Virus record (IMG/VR): IMGVR_UViG_3300031851_000008
DNA from: an uncultured virus (IMG/VR IMGVR_UViG_3300031851_000008)
Lineage: Duplodnaviria > Heunggongvirae > Uroviricota > Caudoviricetes
DNA length: 64,000 bases
Direction: 5' to 3' (one strand)
Part shown: piece by piece, positions 10,239-20,416 of the stretch
Layout: every line of letters starts with the position of its first letter
Numbering within the stretch: the stretch's first letter is position 1
Translations under genes and position numbers: made by a program
The notes under the pieces: model-generated
Told to the model about the DNA's origin: nothing
The model's database searches: none
The model's input: the letters and a program-made list of their open reading frames with translations, nothing else

Positions 10239-11027
10239 ATGGCATCTTACTCTAGCTATAAAAAAATCTTAACAGCATCCATAGTTGATGGCAGTATCCC
10301 ACAATCTGCTGTTGCTACTGGAGTGTTTGACACTTGGTGTGTCAAGTGGATTTTTGGATCTCCTAATCGTTGCTCAACAGGATGTTGCTGTCTTTGGACT
10401 ATTCCTGCAGGTGTAAGAAAAGTTCATTTTGAAATGTGGGGCGCAGGTGGCAATGGACATGGCGCATGTTCTACTGGTAGATGTCAGCACTTTGCTGGTG
10501 CTCAAGGTGGATACTATAACAGCAAAACTATTACAGTAACTGCTGGCGATGCATACACAGTTTGCGCTGGTGGTACTTATCCATGCGAGAGTGTTGAATG
10601 TGTGGCGTGTGATGGATGTTCATCTTACGTTAATGGTACTGGACTGTCTAACTTCTGTGCTCTCGGTGGCACTGGTGGTTGTGCTAATGGTTCTTGGAAC
10701 ACTGCTTGCCACTCTGACTGGGGTCGCTGTTGTGTGGATCCTAATGCTCATGGTGGTGACTTTGGAATGGGTAACCATAGAGGTGCATTCAATGGTCACA
10801 TCGCTGAGTGTCATTGCCATTGTCAAGCACACGCTCCAACTCCTGCACCATTTATTGGTACACAAGTTCAAGCTCAAATCCATGAGTGTTGGCAGCGTTG
10901 TGGTTGCTGGACATCTCCATATGGACACGGTGGACAGGGTGGTATGACTACCTATTGTGGTGGTAGTAGCTGCTGCGCCAAGGGAGCCACTGGCGGTCCT
11001 GGATTAGTTAAGATTAGTTTCCTATAA
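10239..11027 (+). CDS. Cys-rich, Gly-rich putative fibre-tip protein, paralog 3
   Basis: Colinear with paralogs 1 and 2. Confidence 0.7.
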   Translation: MASYSSYKKILTASIVDGSIPQSAVATGVFDTWCVKWIFGSPNRCSTGCCCLWTIPAGVRKVHFEMWGAGGNGHGACSTGRCQHFAGAQGGYYNSKTITVTAGDAYTVCAGGTYPCESVECVACDGCSSYVNGTGLSNFCALGGTGGCANGSWNTACHSDWGRCCVDPNAHGGDFGMGNHRGAFNGHIAECHCHCQAHAPTPAPFIGTQVQAQIHECWQRCGCWTSPYGHGGQGGMTTYCGGSSCCAKGATGGPGLVKISFL

Positions 11028-11030
11028 ATA
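11023..11030 (+). promoter_or_regulatory. Late promoter (TATAAATA, T4 consensus)
   Basis: Perfect T4 late consensus overlapping the stop codon. Confidence 0.75.
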
Positions 11031-11069
11031 TTATTAAAAGTAAGTCAACCTTTTTAAGTAGTAATAACC

Positions 11070-11789
11070 ATGGCACAAGTTTCTATAGAATTTGATCTGG
11101 GTCTCCCCAATGAATACCAAGTAGACCATTCTCAGTCTGCAGGAAAAACACGTAAATTTACGTACCATGGTCCAGATAAAATCTGGCTCCAACTGGGTGC
11201 AGATGGTAAAGAGAAGTACGGTCCTTTAACCGAAGAAGATATTGTGGACGGTAGACCTGTTCCTGAGGACGTTGCAGAGTGGTTTGAAGTAGATTGTTCT
11301 ACCGACCCTCTTATCTGTCAATTAAGAGGACCAATTGATGACGCTAAACAAGTAGAGTATGATGAACCTTCTACTCCTCATTCACAATCCCCTGCTATCG
11401 AGGGATATGACCGTCTAATGGTTTGGACACCAGCAAAACCTAACGACATCTATGAGGCTTCAGAAGTAAGTAAGGACCTTAAGACTGGTAAGATAGTAGT
11501 TAAAACTAGATCTGTAAGCGAAGCTATTTGTGGAACTGAGAGAGATGTTACCTGGGAGGATATTAAACTGGTAAGAGATAAAACTCTTGATGCCAGTGAT
11601 AACAATCTCCCTGCAGATGCTCCTGATGCACTTAAAGCAGAATGGACTGCGTATAGACAAAAACTTAGAGATATGCCAACAAATCTTGCAGGCATTGATC
11701 CTAACATTGCTACGCACATGTTCCCAACTCAACCAAGTGCAGCGACCAAGTACGCTGACGCAGCGGCAGGCAAACCCGATCCTGAATAG
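11070..11789 (+). CDS. Tail fibre assembly chaperone-like protein
   Basis: C-terminal W..IK..RD..L..SD...EWTAYRQKLRDMP motif of phage tail assembly chaperones. Confidence 0.75.
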   Translation: MAQVSIEFDLGLPNEYQVDHSQSAGKTRKFTYHGPDKIWLQLGADGKEKYGPLTEEDIVDGRPVPEDVAEWFEVDCSTDPLICQLRGPIDDAKQVEYDEPSTPHSQSPAIEGYDRLMVWTPAKPNDIYEASEVSKDLKTGKIVVKTRSVSEAICGTERDVTWEDIKLVRDKTLDASDNNLPADAPDALKAEWTAYRQKLRDMPTNLAGIDPNIATHMFPTQPSAATKYADAAAGKPDPE

Positions 11790-11798
11790 TGCTATAAT
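11790..11798 (+). promoter_or_regulatory. Possible extended -10 (TGcTATAAT) early promoter
   Basis: TGn-TATAAT upstream of the gene at 11827; no clear -35. Confidence 0.45.
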
Positions 11799-11826
11799 AT
11801 ATAATTAAGCAATTGAATTATAGTGA

Positions 11827-12360
11827 ATGAATTATATTCTGTATAACTTTGATTATATTAAAGAGAACCAACAAGAAATAATAACAGAACTGAAGATATC
11901 CCATGATCACATAGTGAGTAATGGTCTTTCCGATTCCACGGGGGCTTACACTGACTATAATATCTTTGGGGTATCTTCTCCTTCTATACACATGTATAGA
12001 ATTTATGAAAAGGTTAGGGAAATTGTAAGAGAACAATTGCCCGAAAGCATTCTCTGGATTCAGTCTTGGTTAAACTACCAAGACTATGATGGTGTGCTTG
12101 GGTGGCATAATCATAAGGCATTGTGGCATGGTTACATATCCATAGAACCTCAGGATACTGCAACCGAATTTGAGGATTGGACTATTGATAATGAATGTGG
12201 TAACATATATTTTGGTCCTGGTAAACATGCACATAGAGTTGTAAATTTAAGAAAGTATTCTGGTAAAAGAATAACTTTAGGATTTGATATTATGTCTAGG
12301 GAAGATCATACTCTTCCTACTTTACCTACTAAAAATTTTGGTGCTATACCTTTGCTATAA
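11827..12360 (+). CDS. Putative 2OG-Fe(II) oxygenase / cupin-fold protein
   Basis: SWLN...WHNH...HRV...RITLGFD pattern. Confidence 0.6.
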   Translation: MNYILYNFDYIKENQQEIITELKISHDHIVSNGLSDSTGAYTDYNIFGVSSPSIHMYRIYEKVREIVREQLPESILWIQSWLNYQDYDGVLGWHNHKALWHGYISIEPQDTATEFEDWTIDNECGNIYFGPGKHAHRVVNLRKYSGKRITLGFDIMSREDHTLPTLPTKNFGAIPLL

Positions 12361-13061
12361 TGTTTGAAGTTAATTCTGACCTAGGAGTGATGAAGGACAA
12401 CATCAAAGAAATGCGATGGGATGCCTTAGAAGATGGGAGAGTGTATTATGATACAAGAGAGATTATAAGTAAACCCATATTTGTGATAGATAATTTTTAT
12501 AAAAATCCAGATGAAGTTAGACAACTAGCATTGGATTCTCCTTTATATACTGATAAAAAACGTCTTTCTGGTGCAATAGGTAGAAGAGTATGGAGAGAGG
12601 AACCTGAAATTCTAGATGAATTATATCTTCAACTATCGGGGGTATTCAAACAACTATGTAATCATGAGGATTGGCATATTGAATTTGATGAAGAGCACTT
12701 TACAAATAAATGGAAGTTAATGCGATTTGTTGTTAATGTTACAAATGACAAGGAGATTGTTGACTCTGGTAGGTGGGATGACATATACCACGTTGATGGA
12801 CCATATAATAAGTGGGCTTCTTTAGTATTTTTAAATACTCCTGAAGAGTATGGTGAAGAGAATTCTGTACCAGGAACTGGATTCTGTACAGTTCAAAACC
12901 CAACGGAAGATAATCCAAAACCTAAACCAAAGTTGCAATATGTGTGCCCAATGAAGTATAATAGAGCGATACTCTATGATGCAAATGTGGTGCATGGTGC
13001 TATCATGCAACCTGGTATGTATACGGAATATGATCGTCTCACTCAAATAATGTTTTTTTGA
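12360..13061 (+). CDS. DUF6445-like 2OG-Fe(II) oxygenase
   Basis: VIDNFYKNPDEVR, HVD, SLVFLN, MKYNRAILY...HGA...RLTQIMF. Confidence 0.65.
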   Translation: MFEVNSDLGVMKDNIKEMRWDALEDGRVYYDTREIISKPIFVIDNFYKNPDEVRQLALDSPLYTDKKRLSGAIGRRVWREEPEILDELYLQLSGVFKQLCNHEDWHIEFDEEHFTNKWKLMRFVVNVTNDKEIVDSGRWDDIYHVDGPYNKWASLVFLNTPEEYGEENSVPGTGFCTVQNPTEDNPKPKPKLQYVCPMKYNRAILYDANVVHGAIMQPGMYTEYDRLTQIMFF

Positions 13062-13066
13062 TTGGG

Positions 13067-13073
13067 ATAAATA
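13067..13073 (+). promoter_or_regulatory. Late promoter (ATAAATA)
   Basis: Intergenic, upstream of the glycosyltransferase/carbamoyltransferase gene run; GAGG SD before 13128. Confidence 0.65.
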
Positions 13074-13127
13074 AAATCAAATCATGCTATTGTCATAGCA
13101 ATATTAGTACCCTGAGGTTGAAAAAAA

Positions 13128-14267
13128 ATGAGGTCTAAAGCGTTCTTCATCAACGGTGGAGCTGGTCGAGTAATTTGTGCTATCCCCGCATTTGAAAAGT
13201 ATGCGGAAACGCATGACGATTTTGTTATTGTATGCGAAGGAGGCACCGACTTCTTTAAAGGTCATCCAACTTTATCTACAAAAGTTTTTGATAATTGGCA
13301 TAAGGGTTTGTTTGAAAACGAGATTAAGCATAGAGAATGTGTTAGTCCAGAACCTTATAGATGTTGGCATTATTACAATCAAGAGTGTAGTCTTGCACAA
13401 GCATTTGATATTCTCATCAATGAACTTGATGAACCAAGAGAACTTCCTAAACCAACTGTAGTTCTGAACAAAGCAGAAATAGTTCAAGGATTTAATATTG
13501 TTGAGGAAGTAAAAGCAGGGACAGGTAAAGATAAGGTTTTAGTAGTTCAACCGTTTGGTAGATCTATAGAGCAGGTGGGACAAGACTTTATCATTGATAC
13601 TTCTTCTAGGAGTTTTTCTGTTAATAATATTGTCAATATCATTAATGAATTGAAGAAAGAATATGCTGTCGTTATCATGAGTGAGATTCACTTCCCTCTG
13701 GAAGAGAATGAAGATAAAGCAAGATATAAAGTTGCTAGACCTCAGATCAGTGACATGAGAATCTGGGCAGGTGTTATTAATGCTGCTGACCATCTTCTTG
13801 GGTGTGATAGTATGGGTCAGCATATTGCAAGAGCACTTGATAAGACTGCTACTGTAGTTACAGGTTCAACATTCCCTGTAAATATTTCTTATCCCGACCA
13901 TAAAGACTTTGATATCATTGACATTGGAGAGGGTAAAAGAGTTTATTCTCCAATCAGAGTTGCAATCGATGAGATTAAAGATAGACTTAACGATGAAGCA
14001 ATGGAGATGAGTGAAGAACAGATTGATTCTGTTGTCAAGTCGGTCAAAAATAGGATGGGTAAATCCGTTGGATATACTGGAAATTATACTATTCCACAAC
14101 AAGATTATTCATCTTGTTCAGCATCACCTGGAAACAAACAACAAGAAATTAGTAAGTTGCCGCAGTTAGATTTAAGATCAGCAGATACGTCTAAATTTGA
14201 TGTAACTAACAAAGGTTTTGGTAAATCCAAAGCAAACACAGTAGATATTCTTCAAAAACTTAAGTGA
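13128..14267 (+). CDS. GT-B glycosyltransferase, GT9 (heptosyltransferase)-like
   Basis: N-terminal GGAGRVICAIPAF and C-terminal INAADHLLGCDSMGQHIARALDK.ATVVTG resemble the GT9 'aD.figxDSgpmHiAaAl' motif. Confidence 0.65.
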   Translation: MRSKAFFINGGAGRVICAIPAFEKYAETHDDFVIVCEGGTDFFKGHPTLSTKVFDNWHKGLFENEIKHRECVSPEPYRCWHYYNQECSLAQAFDILINELDEPRELPKPTVVLNKAEIVQGFNIVEEVKAGTGKDKVLVVQPFGRSIEQVGQDFIIDTSSRSFSVNNIVNIINELKKEYAVVIMSEIHFPLEENEDKARYKVARPQISDMRIWAGVINAADHLLGCDSMGQHIARALDKTATVVTGSTFPVNISYPDHKDFDIIDIGEGKRVYSPIRVAIDEIKDRLNDEAMEMSEEQIDSVVKSVKNRMGKSVGYTGNYTIPQQDYSSCSASPGNKQQEISKLPQLDLRSADTSKFDVTNKGFGKSKANTVDILQKLK

Positions 14268-14276
14268 GGTTTTAAT

Positions 14277-16079
14277 ATGTCAGAATGGATTGCAGCAATT
14301 GCCCGTGGACATAACTCTGGAGTGTGTCTACTTCACAATGGTGAATTAGTTTTATCTATTGAGGAGGAGAGACTATCTAGAAGTAAATATGATGGTGGAC
14401 CATTAGCGTCCATGGTAAAAATTCTTGAATATACTGATCGTTTAGATTATCTTGTGATTGCACACACCCAACCTTTGGGTCAGGCAGGGTCAATTGATTT
14501 TACTGGTGACGATATGTACACTGGTTTGGCAAGAAAGTTGGGATTGATTGATAGGCATGTCGATCCTCATGATCATCCTCAAGTTATTGATTTAAGTAGA
14601 ACTCATCATAAATTGCATGCTGCTTGTGCATTTTATCGGTCGGGTTTTGAAAGTGCTGTTGGACTTGTTGTTGATGGGGCAGGAACTTTTGTGCCGATGA
14701 ATATTGGTATGGACCAGGAGATGACTTGGGAGCTTGAGACTATCTTCTCATGTGACTATCCCTCAGAGTTTAAGACACTATATAAGCATCAAGCGGGTCG
14801 AGGACCATGGGGATCTGCTAGAATCGAAGAGATGGATAGTACGAGTGAAGGTGAAGAAGGAACTCATGAGTTTATTCTTGATGAGAGTGCTGGAATCACC
14901 AAGGCATATGAAGCGGTAACACAATATTGTGGATGGCAACCCATTGAAGCTGGTAAGACCATGGGTCTTTTCCCATATGGGAAACCTAATGAGAATGTCC
15001 CTACAATCTACACTGATGGTGGTGGTGGATCATGGAAGACTGCTGATAGAAATGTTATTGTTCCTACTTATCCTAATGGTGCAGTTGTAAATGAAGGTAG
15101 ATATGAATCCCTTTACACTCCACCAGATTGTGATGATCTAACTCTGCTTGAGAATCGCAGAGACCTTGCATATGCTATTCAAACTGAATCGCAGCAAATG
15201 GTCTTAGATCTCATTCGTAAGGCAGTTGATATTAGTGGCAATAAGAATGTTGTTCTCTCTGGTGGTTATGGTCTGAATTGTGTTGCGAATTATTGGTATC
15301 TTGATCAATTAAAAGATGAAGGTATTAATTTGTTTGTTGAACCAGTTAGTAATGATGCTGGAACTGCTATTGGTGCTGCACTTCTGCAATATCATAGGGT
15401 AACTGGTAGTACGGATGTTAGAGGAAAACTTGAAAATCTTTATACTGGACTTTCTTATATGTACACTGATGACGAAATTTTAAGATCAGCAGATAAGTAT
15501 AATGCTGATTCTGTAACTGACGCCACTCATGAAGATGTAGTTGAACTGATTACCAATAAGAATATTGTGGCAATGTTCCAAGGTAGGTCTGAAGCGGGAC
15601 CCCGTGCTCTTGGAAATAGATCTATTTTGTATGATCCTAGAGATCCCAATGGTAAAGATCATGTCAATGAGATTAAGAGAAGAGAATACTTCCGTCCCTT
15701 TGCAGGATCAATTCTTCAAGAACATGTTCATGATTGGTTTGACCTCCGTGGTATGGACGAGACTCCTTTTATGATGTATGCAGTCAGATGTCAAGATGGA
15801 ATTGAAGAAAAGATTCCATCGATCATTCATGTTGATGGCACTTGTAGAATTCAAACGGTAACTAAAGAGCAAAACTTACATTATCATGATCTGATTGAAA
15901 CCTTCTACAAGAAGACTGGATGTCCAATTATTTTTAATACATCTTTTAATCTTGGTGGAGAACCGTTAGTTGAGACTTTAGATGATGCTTGTAGAACTCT
16001 GGCAAAGTCTGGAATTGAATACTTATATTTACCTGAGTACAGTAAAATGATCAACATTAAAAATAATGAGACCAATTAA
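14277..16079 (+). CDS. O-carbamoyltransferase (NodU/CmcH/TobZ family), full length
   Basis: EEERLSR.KYD, HHKLHA, VVDG, GKTMGL..YG, SGGYGLNCVAN, E.GPRALGNRS, KRREYFRPFA, HVDGTCRIQTV, NTSFN. Confidence 0.92.
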   Translation: MSEWIAAIARGHNSGVCLLHNGELVLSIEEERLSRSKYDGGPLASMVKILEYTDRLDYLVIAHTQPLGQAGSIDFTGDDMYTGLARKLGLIDRHVDPHDHPQVIDLSRTHHKLHAACAFYRSGFESAVGLVVDGAGTFVPMNIGMDQEMTWELETIFSCDYPSEFKTLYKHQAGRGPWGSARIEEMDSTSEGEEGTHEFILDESAGITKAYEAVTQYCGWQPIEAGKTMGLFPYGKPNENVPTIYTDGGGGSWKTADRNVIVPTYPNGAVVNEGRYESLYTPPDCDDLTLLENRRDLAYAIQTESQQMVLDLIRKAVDISGNKNVVLSGGYGLNCVANYWYLDQLKDEGINLFVEPVSNDAGTAIGAALLQYHRVTGSTDVRGKLENLYTGLSYMYTDDEILRSADKYNADSVTDATHEDVVELITNKNIVAMFQGRSEAGPRALGNRSILYDPRDPNGKDHVNEIKRREYFRPFAGSILQEHVHDWFDLRGMDETPFMMYAVRCQDGIEEKIPSIIHVDGTCRIQTVTKEQNLHYHDLIETFYKKTGCPIIFNTSFNLGGEPLVETLDDACRTLAKSGIEYLYLPEYSKMINIKNNETN

Positions 16080-17580
16080 TCGTATTGTTGTTGTTGGTGG
16101 CGGTACATCTGGATGGATGACCGCTGCTTTTTTGCAGGCAAAATTAAAACGTACACAAATAGTTCTCATTGATAAATCTGAGAGTGAGGCAGTGGGGGTT
16201 GGTGAAGCGACGATTCTTAGCTTCAAACAGTTTATGGTGGGATGTGGATTTGAAATTGAAGATTGGTTAGGTAAAATTGATGCTACATTTAAAGGTGGTA
16301 TTCTTTTTGAAGACTGGCAAAAAGAAGGTCAAAACTTATGGCATCCATTTGCTTTCCCCGAATTTAATTTCCTTGAAACTAATCTTTTAAATCTTTGGAC
16401 TAAGAATAAAGATCTTGAATATTTTACTCATGCTTGTGCATTATATAATCCAGGAGTAACAGAGAATAAAGTTGATCCAGATAATATATCAACCTATTCA
16501 TATCATATTGACTGTGGCAAGTTAGTTAATTATATAAAGGAAAGGATTGCGAATAAAATTAGTTTTGTTAAATGTGGTGTAAAAGATGTTGATAGAAATT
16601 CAAAAGGGGGATTAAATTCTATCACTCTTGAGGATGGACAGGTAATTGAATCTGATTTGTTTATTGACTGTACTGGTTGGAGAAGACTATTGGGGTCAGA
16701 ACCAGATAGTGTGGATTGTACTGGTAGATTATTTTGCGACACTGCTATTGCTGGTCCTGTTCAGTATATTGATATGGATTCTGAGATGAGACCATATACA
16801 ACATGCTCTGCTGTAGAACATGGTTGGATTTGGAAGACTCCAAATCAAAGTAGAATTGGGACAGGACTAGTATTTAATAAATCTGTTACAGATATTGATG
16901 AAGCTAAAGATTTCTTCGTTGACTATTGGGATGGTAGAGTTAATAGGGATACACTAAAGGTTTTAAATTGGACACCTTATTACCATAAAAATTCTTGGGT
17001 TGATAATGTTTGTTGTAATGGATTGTCTAGTGGATTTATTGAACCATTAGAAAGCACTGGGATTGCATTGATATGTGCAGGTGCAATTGAGATTGTAGAA
17101 GCAGTAAAGGGACATTGCTATAATGATCTTGATGCAGAACTATTCAATATGAAGATGATTCATTTCTATGAAGACTGTATTGATTTTGTAAGTATGCATT
17201 ACTCTCACAATAAGAGAGAGACTGGAAAGTTTTGGAAGTATGTTCAAGATACTTTTAAAATGTCAGAGACTCAAAAGTTTTATGAGAATGAGACTTTGAA
17301 TAATCCATATACACTTCCAGTCTCGGGTGACTTTATGTTCCAGGGAGAAAATTGGGCAATGTTCATTCTTCAATTTTTAGATAAGGAATTAGTTGAACCA
17401 AAAAATGATGGTGTTGATACTGATCAAGCAAGGATTCTTGTAGAAAATTTTTATAATGAGGAAATAGAAAAGCATAAGAAGTCAATCCTACATCGAGAGT
17501 GGATTCAGCAGTGCTTAATAAAAATAAAAAGGGGTGATAGTTTGGGGATAGATTATTATTCTGGTCATGGTGTAAAATGA
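16066..17580 (+). CDS. Flavin-dependent halogenase (tryptophan halogenase PrnA/VirX1-like)
   Basis: GGGTSGW FAD motif, GVGEAT, ATFKGGI (catalytic Lys position), FIDCTG, GWIWKTP, FIEPLESTG. Confidence 0.88.
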   Translation: MRPINRIVVVGGGTSGWMTAAFLQAKLKRTQIVLIDKSESEAVGVGEATILSFKQFMVGCGFEIEDWLGKIDATFKGGILFEDWQKEGQNLWHPFAFPEFNFLETNLLNLWTKNKDLEYFTHACALYNPGVTENKVDPDNISTYSYHIDCGKLVNYIKERIANKISFVKCGVKDVDRNSKGGLNSITLEDGQVIESDLFIDCTGWRRLLGSEPDSVDCTGRLFCDTAIAGPVQYIDMDSEMRPYTTCSAVEHGWIWKTPNQSRIGTGLVFNKSVTDIDEAKDFFVDYWDGRVNRDTLKVLNWTPYYHKNSWVDNVCCNGLSSGFIEPLESTGIALICAGAIEIVEAVKGHCYNDLDAELFNMKMIHFYEDCIDFVSMHYSHNKRETGKFWKYVQDTFKMSETQKFYENETLNNPYTLPVSGDFMFQGENWAMFILQFLDKELVEPKNDGVDTDQARILVENFYNEEIEKHKKSILHREWIQQCLIKIKRGDSLGIDYYSGHGVK

Positions 17581-18197
17581 AATTAGTAAAAGCATTCAAA
17601 GATTTTATCACTGAGGATCAAAGGGATCAATTAAATTTGTGGACCACACAAAATTATAAGAGTGATCACTTTATGGATCCTAGAATGGATTCTAATTTTA
17701 TTAGGGATACAAAATTAACAACTAGGTTTGCCAATCCTCTGGTGAATTACATGAATCCCTTTATAGAGAATCAGGATCATGGCAACTTCGCAGCATCATC
17801 TAATCCAAATTTTAAGTACCCAGATGTGGTTCATGAGATACAGAGTAGTATTGTTGAAACTTTTGACTTTAGAAATTTTGGATTGTCACCTGTTGGAAAG
17901 AATGGTATAATTACAGAGATTAGTTTTGAGGGTGGAACAGTTCATCCACATATAGATCCTGTATGGTTTGAAGAAACTCATACCGTTCATTGTAACTTTA
18001 TAACTCAAAAACCAGAATCTGGTGGTGTCACTATTATTGATGGTGAACCCTGGGAAGTTAATGATACAGATCTTTTGATGTATATTGTATCTTCTGCAGA
18101 GCATCAGGTTGATGAGATCATTGGTAAAACAAATAGAATTTTATGGGTCTTTAGTTTTATGTTATCTGAACACGACACGCAGAGAATTTTTTCATGA
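17577..18197 (+). CDS. 2OG-Fe(II) oxygenase
   Basis: HID...H...R..W.F; QKPESGG motif. Confidence 0.65.
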   Translation: MKLVKAFKDFITEDQRDQLNLWTTQNYKSDHFMDPRMDSNFIRDTKLTTRFANPLVNYMNPFIENQDHGNFAASSNPNFKYPDVVHEIQSSIVETFDFRNFGLSPVGKNGIITEISFEGGTVHPHIDPVWFEETHTVHCNFITQKPESGGVTIIDGEPWEVNDTDLLMYIVSSAEHQVDEIIGKTNRILWVFSFMLSEHDTQRIFS

Positions 18198-18601
18198 GAA
18201 AAGTTTTTGTCAATGGTACATTTGATCTACTTCATCGTGGACATTTAGAACTTTTAAACTTTGCAAAGTCTCTTGGTGATAAAGTTTACGTAGGCATAGA
18301 TACTGATCGTAGGGTGTCTGAAAAGAAGGGACCATCTAGACCGATATATAATCAAGAAGAAAGAAAGTTCTTCTTGGAAAATTTAAAATCAGTACATAAA
18401 GTACATTTGTTTGATTCTGATTTTGAATTAGAAGCACTGATTAATTTTATTCAACCCGATGTAATGGTTGTTGGATCTGATTGGCGAGGTAAGTCTGTTA
18501 TTGGATCCATGTACGTTTCTGAGTTAGTATTCTTTAGTAGAATAAATGATTATGCAACAACAAAAACAATTCAAGATATTATTACTAGGGGAGACGTGTA
18601 A
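18194..18601 (+). CDS. Heptose-1-phosphate nucleotidyltransferase (RfaE domain II / HldC-like)
   Basis: NGTFDLLHRGH, KKGPSRPI, VGSDW, YATT. Confidence 0.85.
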   Translation: MRKVFVNGTFDLLHRGHLELLNFAKSLGDKVYVGIDTDRRVSEKKGPSRPIYNQEERKFFLENLKSVHKVHLFDSDFELEALINFIQPDVMVVGSDWRGKSVIGSMYVSELVFFSRINDYATTKTIQDIITRGDV

Positions 18602-19325
18602 TGATGAGTATGTCTACGGTGATGTAGAAAGAATTAGTCCAGAAGCACCGATCCCTGTATTGAAGTATGGTAAAACAATAACTTCAAAGGGCATGTCTGC
18701 CAATGTTAAGGCAAATCTAGAGTCTTTTGGTGTCAGTGTAAATCATATCACAAATAAAAAACAAATTATTAAAAGAAGAATTGTTGATAGTAGTAGTAAC
18801 CAACAACTATTGAGGATAGATGAAGAAGAGGATATAGATTCTCTTAAAGTATCTGAAGTTAAATCTGCATTCGTTCATATGCAGTATGATGCTGTTGTAA
18901 TATCTGACTATGATAAGGGATACTTATCTAAAAAGGATTTAGAAGTCTTTTGTCAAAATTTTGATGGTCCTGTTTTTATTGATACAAAGAAGACAGAACT
19001 CTTTACTTATCCAAATGTGTTCTTTAAGATAAATCAAAGGGAGTATAATAAATTGACAGTGAAACCTGATGAAAATCAACTGATTGTTACTTTGGGTGAG
19101 AATGGTGTGGTGCATCAAGGAAATGTATATCCTGCTGAGAAGGTGAAGGTATTTGATGTTGTTGGTGCTGGGGATACATTCTTAGCAGCTTTGGCATATT
19201 CTTTCTTACAGTATCAGGACATCACCACTGCTATTAGAATTGCAAATAGAGCATCTGCAATTGCAGTGCAAAATTATGGTTGTTATACCTTAACAGATAA
19301 TGATGTGGAGATGATCTTATGTTGA
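18546..19325 (+). CDS. PfkB-family heptose-7-phosphate kinase (RfaE domain I / HldA-like)
   Basis: RISPEAPIPV, ISDYDKG, DVVGAGDTF. Confidence 0.85.
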   Translation: MIMQQQKQFKILLLGETCNDEYVYGDVERISPEAPIPVLKYGKTITSKGMSANVKANLESFGVSVNHITNKKQIIKRRIVDSSSNQQLLRIDEEEDIDSLKVSEVKSAFVHMQYDAVVISDYDKGYLSKKDLEVFCQNFDGPVFIDTKKTELFTYPNVFFKINQREYNKLTVKPDENQLIVTLGENGVVHQGNVYPAEKVKVFDVVGAGDTFLAALAYSFLQYQDITTAIRIANRASAIAVQNYGCYTLTDNDVEMILC

Positions 19326-20416
19326 AGAAGTACTCTTATCTTGGTGCTCATGTAAGTCATGATGCATCTATTTGTCAGGTTACTGGTGGAGAGATTGATT
19401 GGTTTATTGAGGAAGAGAGATACAGTGGAATCAAGCATGACGTTGATCCGTTGACATCAGTCATGGAAATAGATATATCTCCAGATATACACAAGAAAAT
19501 TCAAGTATCTGGTTTGTATGAACCACATAACAAAGATTATTTAAAAAATCATGCAGAGTTTTTTACTCGTATATTATCAAAGAGATATGCAAAAGAAATA
19601 TCCGTAAGAGATTCTGAGGATATTCAATATGAGCTTTATGAACTGCATCATGACTTCCATGCTGCTTGTGGGTTTTACAATTCTGGATTTGCTAGAGCAG
19701 CAGTTTTAGTTGTCGATGGGATGGGTAATCCTCTACCAAATAAAAAAGAAGTTCAAGAAGTTGAGACAATATTCTCTTGTACATATCCAAGTCAATTCAA
19801 AAAGCATAGTGTTGGATTAACTCCGACATACTTAGATGCTGATAAGTATGATTTGTCTTTTGGTATTGGTATGGTTTATCATTCACTATCAAAGTACTTT
19901 GGATTTGGTGACTTTGGTTCTGGTAAATTGATGGGGTTATCTTCATATGGTGTGGAAGATGAAAACATAAAACCTTTTGTTAATGATGACTTTACTTTAG
20001 ACACTAATTTATTTTGTAGAAATAGGTTTGGACTTACGTTTTTGCCATATGAATATGTAAGATATCCGAGAGGTGTGAATAACTTTATAGATCTTGATGA
20101 TGAACTTAAAGTTAAGTTCTCCAACCTTGCTTATAGAGTTCAAAAAGATTTTGAAAGATATATGTCAAACTTAATTCTCAGAACATTAGAAGTGACTGGT
20201 GAGACCAACATAGTTCTTACTGGTGGTTGTGCTTTGAATTGTGTTGCTAATTATGAGTATTTGAAAATCTTACCGAAGGGTGTTAAACTATATGTGGAAC
20301 CAATATCAACAGATGCTGGTACGTCCATAGGGTTGGCAAAAATAAATTACTATTTTGCTACTAAATCTACTTCTAGACATAAATTAAAAACCTTATACCT
20401 GGGTAAAGAGAGATGA
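19319..20416 (+). CDS. Carbamoyltransferase, N-terminal (Kae1-like) domain only
   Basis: EEERY, HHDFHA, VVDG, GKLMGLSSYG, GGCALNCVAN; ends at LYLG with no C-terminal domain. Confidence 0.85.
   Translation: MLKKYSYLGAHVSHDASICQVTGGEIDWFIEEERYSGIKHDVDPLTSVMEIDISPDIHKKIQVSGLYEPHNKDYLKNHAEFFTRILSKRYAKEISVRDSEDIQYELYELHHDFHAACGFYNSGFARAAVLVVDGMGNPLPNKKEVQEVETIFSCTYPSQFKKHSVGLTPTYLDADKYDLSFGIGMVYHSLSKYFGFGDFGSGKLMGLSSYGVEDENIKPFVNDDFTLDTNLFCRNRFGLTFLPYEYVRYPRGVNNFIDLDDELKVKFSNLAYRVQKDFERYMSNLILRTLEVTGETNIVLTGGCALNCVANYEYLKILPKGVKLYVEPISTDAGTSIGLAKINYYFATKSTSRHKLKTLYLGKER

Noticed and set aside
8606..11027. RiPP precursor or metallothionein interpretation of the Cys-rich genes
   Set aside because: They are ~260-aa proteins with a Gly-rich fibre-tip framework next to a tail chaperone; no leader/core architecture, radical SAM enzyme or LanM.
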